Source: a virus
Direction: 5' to 3' (one strand)
Length of the DNA stretch: 62,291 nucleotides
Virus record (IMG/VR): IMGVR_UViG_3300045988_160201
In this document: positions 35,888 to 45,900 of the stretch, piece after piece
How positions within the stretch are numbered: position 1 is the stretch's first letter
Layout of the letters: each line of letters opens with the position of its first letter
Notes under the pieces: generated by a model
Told to the model about the DNA's origin: nothing
Database searches by the model: none
Seen by the model: the letters and a program-made list of their open reading frames with translations, nothing else
Translations under genes and position numbers: made by a program

Positions 35888-36010
35888 GAAATGAAGAAAC
35901 TGGTTCTTATGGTGCTGGAGGAGAACAGGATATTGCGTGAGATGCTTGCCAAGGAGTGGGAGCGGGGAGGATGTCATGCTCCCATGACTTTGAGTAAAGG
36001 AGGAAAGTGA
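35888..36010 (+). repeat. 123-bp direct repeat, copy 2
   Basis: See 18575..18697. Confidence 0.95.
35891..36010 (+). CDS. Micro-ORF, 39 aa (copy 2 of the duplicated ORF)
   Basis: MKKLVLMVLEENRILREMLAKEWERGGCHAPMTLSKGGK. The one nucleotide difference from copy 1 is synonymous (agc/agt, Ser). Confidence 0.4.
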   Translation: MKKLVLMVLEENRILREMLAKEWERGGCHAPMTLSKGGK

Positions 36011-36023
36011 TAAAATCAGTTAT

Positions 36024-36062
36024 AAAAGTTGGCGTTTACATTGTGATTGCCAACTTTTTTTA
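36024..36062 (+). terminator. Intrinsic terminator
   Basis: aaaagttggc/gccaactttt 10-bp stem followed by a T-run. Confidence 0.7.
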
Positions 36063-36070
36063 TAGCTTTG
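36063..36070 (+). promoter_or_regulatory. TAnnTTTG -7 box (TAGCTTTG) for the small-membrane-protein cassette
   Basis: Lies 17 nt upstream of the ATG at 36088, immediately after the terminator. Confidence 0.4.
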
Positions 36071-36087
36071 CATAAAAAGTATGCAGA

Positions 36088-36330
36088 ATGGGAAATTTCA
36101 TCAAGCAACAGGAAGAAAAGAAGGAAGTGAAGGAAAAGGATAAAACCAGACGTGAAAGACTGGCCGGATATTTCTTCGATTTGTCCAAGTTGGTATTTGC
36201 CGCTTTGGTTTTAGGTGGTATAACTCCCTTATTTACCAATGAACCAAACAAGATGAATTGGGTTACAATCATATTGGGTATTTTCTCTACCTATATATTG
36301 GCAAATTTTGCAAATAGAATTTTAAAATAA
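36088..36330 (+). CDS. Small 2-TM membrane protein (80 aa)
   Basis: Lys/Glu-rich N-terminus followed by LVFAALVLGGITPLF and WVTIILGIFSTYILANF. Confidence 0.55.
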   Translation: MGNFIKQQEEKKEVKEKDKTRRERLAGYFFDLSKLVFAALVLGGITPLFTNEPNKMNWVTIILGIFSTYILANFANRILK

Positions 36331-36338
36331 GAAATAAT

Positions 36339-36443
36339 ATGGATGCATTGACAACGATTTTTTTAATAACTAGCGTCATAGGTTCCGCATTGGTTATTTG
36401 GTCACACACCAAGTCTGGAAAGAAATGGCTCGCAAATCTATAA
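36339..36443 (+). CDS. 34-aa single-TM peptide, paralogue A
   Basis: MDALTTIFLITSVIGSALVIWSHTKSGKKWLANL. Below the ORF-track cutoff. Confidence 0.45.
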   Translation: MDALTTIFLITSVIGSALVIWSHTKSGKKWLANL

Positions 36444-36460
36444 TAAGACAGGAGGTTTAT

Positions 36461-36565
36461 ATGGATATGCTTGCTATGACCTATATAACAGGAACTGTTA
36501 TTGGAGCAGTCTTTCTTATATGGCTATACACAAAATCCGGAAAAAAATGGTTAGAGAGCCTATGA
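36461..36565 (+). CDS. 34-aa single-TM peptide, paralogue B
   Basis: MDMLAMTYITGTVIGAVFLIWLYTKSGKKWLESL. It has the same length as paralogue A and shares the (V/I)IG...IW..TKSGKKWL..L pattern. Confidence 0.45.
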   Translation: MDMLAMTYITGTVIGAVFLIWLYTKSGKKWLESL

Positions 36566-36567
36566 TT

Positions 36568-36846
36568 ATGGATGCGGTAACAGATTTTATCATTGAAAGA
36601 TTAAAGAAGCTTGATGATATGTTCAAGGGTATTTTCATCAAATATGCTTTTGACAGCATGACTGATTTTCATATAATTGAGATATCCCCGGAAAATATTA
36701 GAAGAAGAGATGATGAATACATAAGATGGGAGTCCGATATGTGGAATGATTTCTTTGCCATGTTCCCGGATGAGGATTTGCTTATCTCGGAGCCTTGCGA
36801 GTCTAATGATATGTATAATGTGTTGTTTACCAATAAATTTTGCTAG
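36568..36846 (+). CDS. Acidic hypothetical protein (92 aa)
   Basis: The ATG is 2 nt after the TGA of peptide B (TGATTATG junction). The protein is Asp/Glu-rich. Confidence 0.5.
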   Translation: MDAVTDFIIERLKKLDDMFKGIFIKYAFDSMTDFHIIEISPENIRRRDDEYIRWESDMWNDFFAMFPDEDLLISEPCESNDMYNVLFTNKFC

Positions 36847-36876
36847 AATGCCGGAACGGCAGGAGAAATAAATAAA

Positions 36877-36912
36877 CATTAAAGGGTTATCATTATTGGT
36901 AACCCTTTAATG
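36877..36912. terminator. Bidirectional terminator (13-bp perfect stem)
   Basis: cattaaagggtta/taaccctttaatg, between the convergent 36846 (+) and 36921 (-) gene ends. Confidence 0.8.
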
Positions 36913-36920
36913 TTATCGTT

Positions 36921-39900
36921 TTATTGTCTGTACACCTTTTCAACTTCTTTTCTCACTTTTTTAGTGATAGTCTGTTTCTTGTATTTTTTTTCCATATCTG
37001 GGTATTCCGGATGTTCTTCCAACCATTCTTTTTTATCTTTGGCTTCGTCATGTTTTCTTTTGAGTTTTAGGAACTCTTTTTCATTTTTCAAAGTTTCCTT
37101 CTCTTTTTCATTGAGGTTGTTGATGATGTATTTCTTTTTTATTTCAGAGTCTTTCCTTTTAGATGTTCCGTCTGAATAGGGCAGTTTCTTTCTGTAGTCA
37201 TTAAACAGTTTTCCAGCCTCATACATCTTGTTCAGATATTCATAAGGTCCCATATCCTTGTATAGTTTCTCGGCCATTTCCTTTCGTTGGGATTTGGGAA
37301 GGTTGATTAGGAACATAAAATCTACAAGGTCGGGGCGTCCTTCCCTTATGGCGGATTCGGCTCCCAGATAAATGTTTTCCAGTGTCTCTACATTTAATCC
37401 GGCAAATTTCCCTAATTTGGCGGCCAGCTCCCTTTGTACATTCAGGTTGAATCCGTCTTTTACCGCCTCGCTTATCAGATTTGACATCTCTGTAATGAAT
37501 GAGAGAGGATCATATTTGTTCCCTTGTGATATGGCGTTGACAAACTGTCCAATGGAAGTTCCTCCCAAGGAACTTAAAGCAGCAGATAAAAATATGCTTT
37601 TCAATTGTTCATCAGTGAACCATAAATCCTCATCCCCGTCCCCGTATCCGAACATGGCGTAGATATTGGATATGAGTGGTGCTGTGATTCCTGCAATACC
37701 GTATCCTCCTGCCGCCCACAAGCCTCCCATTACAAATAGTCCGAAGGTGGCTTTCCTCAGCCCGGTAAGATAGCTGCCCATCATTGTTCTTTGGGCTTCG
37801 TCTTTATTCATTCCGGATTCAATGTTCAGATTGTATATCCTTTTTGCTCGTGCCATTTCAAGAAGCCCCTCAATACCCATCCGCTGGTATCCTATGTTGC
37901 TGCTTTGGTAAGTGGTCAGCGCCTTGTAGAACACATTGCCGCTTGCCTGCATAGGGGACATCATTTCCGGGCTGGAACTCTGCTGGCTTTCATTGAATGC
38001 TATTTCAGCGTTGTATTTGGCTAAATTGGCGGCTTCCTCATTGCCCAGACCTCTTTTTTGCGCACGCTCATATTCAAAATTGTAAACGGCTCTCGCTCCG
38101 GCCGCACATGTCAGCGCATCAATAAGCTTGTTGGGATACATGCCTGCATTGGTAAGTTTCTCCAGCTTGTTTTTGAATGCATTTTCATCCTTTAATGCTT
38201 CGATTCCCATATTTCCCGTATCAACCCGTTCTTCAAAAGAAGGAAGATGCTCCTTCGCCCATTTCATGTTTCCTGCCGGGGTGAATATGTATTTGAACAA
38301 ATCAGCCTGATATCCCGGCTTTCCGCTGTATGCGGAGAATGCCGGATAGGAGAGCACCTGCTTCATTGCGGTGTTGAGTCTGAATGCTATATTGGAACCT
38401 GCCCAATACCTTAATATCTTGTTTAGTCCGTTATTGAGCGAATCTTGTTTCTGCTTGTCATTGAAACTTCGTACGGCAACCTCCGCCGCTCTCATGAAGA
38501 TATCAAACATTCCTTTATGGTTTGCCTCCATATAGTTCTTGAAAGCCTTGCTTCCCCGCAGGAAATTAAGATCCTGGCGCAGCTCAGCCGTTGCCGCCCA
38601 AGTTTCCATATCCCTTCCGTATTTTAGCATCAGATCAAAAGCGTTTCTGCTAGTGTCCACCTTCAGAGTATTTATCGTACGGTTGATTATGTTTCCGGTT
38701 ATTGTGCTTGGCATACCGATGATTGTTTCTCCTAGCTCTCCCTTTTCACGGATTTCGGATTTGGCTATGACCATAGGGAAATAATTCTCCCGTGAAGCCA
38801 TGCTGGTTCCCGTCATTCTTACATGGACCGGATTGTACCTTTCTTCTCGTAGCCTTGGAAAGAAGTCGTCCGTGATCCATTCTCCGAGTTTCATGTATTT
38901 ATCGCCTATAAAGAACTCTATCTCGGTCATGCTGTCTTCCGTCCATCCGTCCGCCTCTAGCTTCATCTTTCCGTCCGGCTGTCTCCATGTGAGCCATACA
39001 TAGAACGCTTGCCCTTTGTTTAGGTTTGCCTCATACAGGTCGCCCTCCTTATGGTAATTGCTGTCGTACATATATTGTTTGTGAATCCTTTTTTCTGATT
39101 TTTGAGAATCCCTGAATACATTTTCCATTGATTTTCCGAACAGCTCCTTTATTTTTTCTTCCAGTTCTTTGTTGTAAGCCTTTACCCCCAAATATATCCT
39201 ATCATTGGCTTCCACCACTCCATGACTGCTTTTCATGAAATAATCGTATAAGGGACCTTTTCCTATGGCGTGGTTCCTGTCTATGGCTTTCAGCAGATAA
39301 TCGAAACTATACATGGGATAGGCGATAAAGTCACCGATGCTTTGCAATATGGACACAGTTTTTTCCATATTTGTTTCTTTCTCGTTTATGCCTTTTATTC
39401 TTTTATCTTTTACGGCATTTATTCCCATGCTGACAATTCTTCCCCGGTGCGCGGCTTTTTCCTTGTTCAGCATGGCAAGGCGGCTTTTCCCGGTATCAAC
39501 AAGTGCTTTCAGTTCATTGTACACATTATCGGTCATCCTTATTAACTCTTCCTGCGCTACGGGTATTTGTGCAGCTATTTTCTCAGCCTCCTGCAGATAA
39601 AACTTTCGTGCTTCACCTTTGTTGTTGTAGGCGACTCTTCTGGTGGTCACAAGATCGCCCTCCAGTTTGTCCAGATCTCGTTTCATTTTTCTGGATTCGG
39701 CCAATAGTTCGCGTATGGAAAGAGAATCATACTCATCGGCCATAGTCTGTGTGAACACACCTGTTCCTTCCGCCGCTTCATCCATGGCATTCTCTAGCTC
39801 TTCCCGGCGCTTCCGTATCTCTTCAACGGATTCAAGTTCTTTAGTTTTCAGCAGTTCGGCTCTTTCTTTTAATAGATTATCCCTTCGGCTTTTCATTTCA

Positions 39901-42900
39901 TTCTGCTGACCGGTAAGTATGGTGATGCTTTCAGGGGATGTCTCAGATTTTATGAGTTTTCCCAGTTTTACAATTTCGCTTCTTACGGCACGGAGTTCAC
40001 TGTCAGCGCTTGTTAGCAACAGGTCTTTGTAAGCGGATCGTATACTGTCAAACACACGTCTAGTAGCCTCATCAACAACTATCCCTTTTGATACGCCTCT
40101 TGTATCCTGCCCGGAAAGCTTCGTTTTTATCATTTTTTGCATCCTTTTCACCGAACTGTCATATTGGGCATAGTTTATCAACTTTTCAACAAGATTTAGT
40201 GGTTCCTTGAGTTTATTTGTTGATGCGGCCTTGTTTACTTGGGCAATCAGTGACTTTATCATATGTGGCCCCATTTCTTCTCCCGCCTCCTTGGTCAGTC
40301 TTTGATCTATAAAGGAAAGCATGGCTCTTGACGCAGTCTCGTATTCCTCTTTATTTCCTTTTCGTGCCTGATCCAATTGCTTTTTCAATTCCCGTATCTC
40401 TTCTTTCAGATTTTTAATAATCTCCTTCTTTTCTTCCTTTCCTGTAATACGGAACAAGGTCTCTCCCTGAGGAACAGACGGGATGGTACGTGAACTGCCT
40501 GAGAACTCACCAATTCCCAGTTTTGAACGCATGACGGTTTCCTTTGCCACATCAACAGGATAGTTTGACTGTTTCAGTCTGTTGTGGCTTTCATAAAGGA
40601 TGTATCTCAGCTCATTGTCCGTCAGTTCAAATCCCAGATTCACTTTCGCTTTACGGAGCATGTCTATAAAGAAGGTTTTGATTCGTGTCCATAAGGACTG
40701 CTCCGCAAAGGTAGCCGGTCCGCGTTCGGACAGGTCTGCCATATATTCCTCTGTTGCTGTACGGATGGATATGTTCTCATTTTCCGCCATCCGGTTGATG
40801 GTCTGTCTGATTGATGGTGCGGCATTGTTGTATACATTGTCAAGGAAGGTATCGAAGTCCTTTCCGAACAGCTCACGCAATCCCTTATGTGCCACCACCT
40901 CATGGAATATAGTCGCCTGTGCGTCCTCCACGGATGTTGTATTTGGCATATATAGATATACCTTGTTCTCCTTTGGTGAGTACCATCCTTTGATGTTGGC
41001 TCCCGATTCGATACGTCTGCGCGCCTCGCCTTGTGGAAGCTGGTCTTCGGAAGTGATTTTTTCTATAGGTGTATGAAGAGATTCAGAAAGTTCATTCACT
41101 GCTGTATTCATGGGAGCAGACACAGAAGCATAAGCCTCCAAAGCGTCGTTTATAAATATCTGGTCTTCTCGTGCTACATCTTCCGTTTCCGAAGCAAGAG
41201 TATTGCGGCGTTCCTCAGGTGTCATATTCATACGGGATTGTACATTACGTGCTTCAACTTCACCTGAAAGTTCATTGTATCTGTCGTTTTCTCCACCAAG
41301 TCCAAATTTTTCAATAAGAGATTGATACTCATTATAAGCATCCTCATATCCCTCTTTATCATAACCCCGTACCCAAAGATTGAATCCCTTATCAAAAGCA
41401 TTACGGCTGGGGATAAAGCCATCCCCAAACTCGAATCCATCTGAGTGATATTCATTTACCAAAGCATTATAAACATCCATCTGTGAAGCGTCTTCTCCAA
41501 GTTCCTCACGCTTGTCAGCAAACTCTTCAATCATAGACCAGGCATCGCGCTTTTCTTTTAATGCGTCAAGGTGTTTTCTATAAGTCATACTGTTTCCACC
41601 ACGGGCGAATCCTTCAATTGATTGTACGGTATGCTGTACCTCATGCGCTAAGATACTACGGAAATCCGCTCTGTCTAGGACAGACTCATTCACACGTATC
41701 AAGTTTTGGCTTTCATAATAAGTTGCTCCTGTATTGCTTGTAGGGGCGTTGTATATCTCCACGCGTATCTGCTTCAACTCCGGATACGCCTTAAACAAAT
41801 TCTCATCCTTCACATAATCGTCAAGATAACGCACGTCGTTCGCTTCGTATGTGGCGCGAAGTTCTTCTGCCTTTTCTGATAATTCATCAAAACGGGCTGC
41901 CTCTTCTTCCGTCAGCTCTACTCCATCAAACAGTTTGTCGCTTAGCGCATCATACTCTTTGCCCCATGACAGGTTGGACCAAAGTCTGTTTCTTCGCGCA
42001 AGTCCTTTCGGATCAATCTCAAAATCCTCCACTTCATATCTCCATTTTCCGTCAGCCCCACGTTCCCAACCTGTAGCCAGCTTGATTTTCCTAGCATTTT
42101 CTTTTTCATTTGTTTGGAGAAGAGAAACTAATTTCTTATCTTTGATATTGGAAATAGGAGCAGTTTGTATTTCCCCTCTATTCGTCGGACGATTCCGGTC
42201 TTCTGTTCCAGCATCGGGCGTTGAAGACAATTCAGTCGAGGAGGAAGGATTTATTAGGGCAAGTTCATTTATGAGTTTGCCCTTTTCTATGTGTGTGAGT
42301 TTGTGGTCATAATAACGGTTCCCGTCTTTTTCTTCTGCTTCTACCATACGGACTGTATAATCTTCACTGCCAATTTTCAACCCACATATATAATAATGAT
42401 AAGCCACTACATTGGGATTTTTCTGTACGTCTTGGTTTTCAGAACTATCTATATATATAGCGTTTTCTATAATTGAAGGAATGGCTGCCACACTCTTGAT
42501 TTGTACAGTGTCGTTAAGCGTGTCGTGCTGCAATATTTCTTTTAGACCACCGTTCTTGCGGCCTCTTTGTAATTGAATGGTTCTTCCTGTGTCTTTGTTT
42601 GTATATTCTCCTTGTAAATTTTTCCCGTATTCCAATGCGTTTTTCTTATACTGTTTTAAATCATCGCTTGGAGTCACTTCTTTGCCCGTAATCTCTATCG
42701 GCTCACTCTTCCGCAGCTTCTCAATGCGCCCTTTCTTCGTATTGAAAGCGGATTCCATCTCTCGTGCTACATTCAGGTTATCAAGGCGGGTAGTTGCTTC
42801 CTCTGCCTTATCCAGTTTGGACGCGCCTTCCTCTCCAATAAAACGATATCTTACATCCGCTTTTCTTGCATTGAATCGCTTGGAAGGAGGAATAATATTA

Positions 42901-45900
42901 CCTTTGTCGTCACGGGTTATCAGGTCATTCAGTTTTCGGTTGTTTTTTGTATTCTTGTAGCGGTAATCGCTCCTGTCATCATATCCCCATTCGTTGATAT
43001 CATTTCCGTCCCAATATAGATTTTCGGCTGGTACTTCTTCCTTCATAATTCTGTAATTGCCGTTTAAGGCATGTTCTCCATGAACTTTTACATAGGATTC
43101 AGACAGGGAAACCCAGTCACCGTTTCTTACCTTTCCTTCTTTCAATGATTTTGGAACGGCACGATAGATGGTAACGGTCGGTTTTTCTCCTTTGTCAATG
43201 GCAGACAATGCTTCATTGATTGCGGCGGCACTTTCATTTTTGTATTGATCCCTGTTCATGCGAAGCTGCTCATTTAAGGATTCGCGTATCTGATCTTTGT
43301 TTGCGGCAATGTCAACCATGTTTTTATCAATACCTTCCTCATCATAAGAGGGGGCGCGGTGTGCCATTCTGAATTCATCGGCGGAAACATAACCGTTTCT
43401 TCGTGCGGATTCGTGTATGATGTCACGCATACGGGCTTCATTATTTTCTTCCATAGCCTTGAAATAGGCCTCATCCATCTCTTCATCCGTCATCAGTTCA
43501 AATTCCTTTAGACGCTTCTTTTCCGATTCGGCTTCTTCCTCCGCACGTTTACGGGCGGCTTCCATCATGTTACGGGCTTTCATTTCCTCTTGCACGTATT
43601 CATCTCTCAAGGCATCCACATCACCGAACTTTTCATACAGCTCTTTTTTGATCGGAGAAAAAACTTTTACGAATTGCCCTAATGACAGGTTGGAGTTCTG
43701 GAGACGCACATTTCTGCTGATTGATTTGAAAGCATAACTTGCGCCACCCAGATTTTTCATTTTCATGGATTGTGCGTACTTTTTTACATCGGCTTCATCA
43801 AGGTTGTGCTTGTTGGCGAAAGAACTTATTTCCTCATTTCCAACCTCGCGAAACCGGATGTCACTGCCTTCGGAAGTAAGTATCTCATTGCTTTCGTCAT
43901 TCATTGCGCGTAAGCCGGAATATTCGGCTTCAAGTTCCTGCTGTTCCTGGTTCAGTTCCTGTTGCTCGGAGAAAACAGCGTCTCTCTCAACGGAGTCATT
44001 TCCGGCTTCTACCAGAATATCCTCCAGTTCTATCTTCCTGTCCTCTATTTCGGCCAGTCTTGTTTCTATGTCCTTCATTCTGTCCGCATTGGCGGATTCT
44101 ATGGAAGGTGCAAGTTGCACAGGATTCACGCTCTTGTATTCAGAGAACGGCTTTGTCTTTTTTACAGAAGAATCAATCCATTTATAGAACTCATCCTTCG
44201 TTACTTCTGTAATGGTACTTATTCGGTTCTCCCAACCGGGAGAATAGTTTGCAAGATAAGAGGAACGTGCTTCATCCATAGACGGAAAACCGTACATTAC
44301 CTTACTTTCGTCAAATTCACCCTTTTCATTGAGCTGGTCTACTACAAACACATTTCCTTCGGACGGATTGTCTGACAGGAAGATGTCTATATGGTCACCG
44401 TCCACGGCTTTCGTGCCACGGATATAGCCGTAGTCGTTGTTCATGGTAATGCTCCATTCCTGTCCGTTGGCATCCTTTCCGCTACGGACGGATCCTTTCG
44501 GATTTTCTATGGTAATATCATATCCATCAAGTTTAATGTGACCTTTCTTATAGTTCCCGGCTTCCTTCTGCGCTTCAGTAGGAGAGGTGTCGACCATTTC
44601 GCGTGCTTCCGCGATATGGTCTAGGAGTTTGTTTGTGGATGTGTTATCTTGTACATTGTCATTCTGAGGATGCAGTCCTTCATCAGTCTGTCCTTCCATT
44701 TGTCCGGATTTTCCTTGATATCCTTCAGTTCCGACGGCATGAACAGGTTTTTCTCCTTGCAGAACCGCATCGCCTCTTTCGCGTATGCCAAATATTCCTC
44801 CTTGCTCATCGCTTTTACGCGTTCCGATTCCTTCGTCAGTTGGATTCTCTCTTCTGTTGTCATATTCTTGTTGCTTTATTATTTTATCGGCAAATGTATT
44901 ATAAAATTCAGACTTTTCTTCATTCGAATAGACATTTGATTCAGAAAAGGCCTCATCATTAACCCATGCTTCATATTCATCCGGAGACATGTGGTATTGT
45001 TCTTGGTAGAATTGTTCTTTTAGTTCATCCTCATATTCTTTTTCCGCATCTATGGCGCGTTGCGCTTCTTCGGTTCTGTTGTTTCTTATCATATTGCTGA
45101 TATCACCAAAAGTTCGGCTTTGTTGTAGAACGGATAGGATCGCGTTTGTGCCGGCCATGCCGGTATTGTCATTTTCCAGTCCTTCTTTCGCCACTATTGC
45201 CGGATAACTTTCATGGGCGATGCTTATCAGTCTGTCTCCGGCTTCTTCTACGGTCATACCCCCCTTCTCTTTTTTTCTGAAGATGGAAAGAAATGGCGTC
45301 AGGTCTTTGTGACTTAAGCCAGTCATGTTTCTGACACTTCTTTCTCCTGTCATTTGCAGGAACAGGGATTTTCCCAGTACCAAGGATGCAAGCTCTTCCA
45401 AAGTTTCCGGCTCGGTACGTGACAGAATTTCCTGAACAAGAGGATTTTCCGGAAGCTCCGTATCCGTTATTGACTCAGATATTTTCGCAGCAGGCTTCTG
45501 AATACTATTTTTCCTGCCAGTGTCCGGAATTCCCTCTGGTCCCATGCGTTCTTCACCTGTTCCCTTAGCTTCGGGTCTCTTCTCAGTTCCTCTTTCTTTG
45601 CCTTGTTCGCTTGTTTCTGAAACTGGTACGGGCTCATTTGTGTCATTTCCATTCGTGCCAGTCTTACTGCTTTCTGATATTCCATTTGTTTGGTTATTAT
45701 TAGTTTCTGTTATGGGTATGACAGAGTTGTAGAAATTCTTTATTTCTTCATTCTCCGCTTTTGCTTCTCTAATAGCGTCCCTTATCTCATTTCTTTTTCC
45801 CCGTGTGGCGGATGACAGGGATTCATTCAATTTAGCTATCTGTGCATCACTCGCCTCTATATCCTTTCTCAAGTCATCCAGAGCGGTTTCAAGTGATTCT

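Noticed and set aside
18575-36010. Diversity-generating retroelement (TR/VR pair) as an explanation for the 123-bp repeat
   Set aside because: No reverse transcriptase ORF exists in any frame. The single mismatch is C/T and synonymous rather than adenine-specific. Neither copy lies at the C-terminus of a receptor-binding gene.
44381-44444. DGD motif as the DxDGD catalytic loop of a crAss-like virion RNA polymerase
   Set aside because: The context (IENPKGS ... YGYIRGT ... VDGDHIDIFL) matches family-I pyrophosphatase landmarks, not the NADFDGD double-psi beta-barrel loop. No second DPBB motif was seen.
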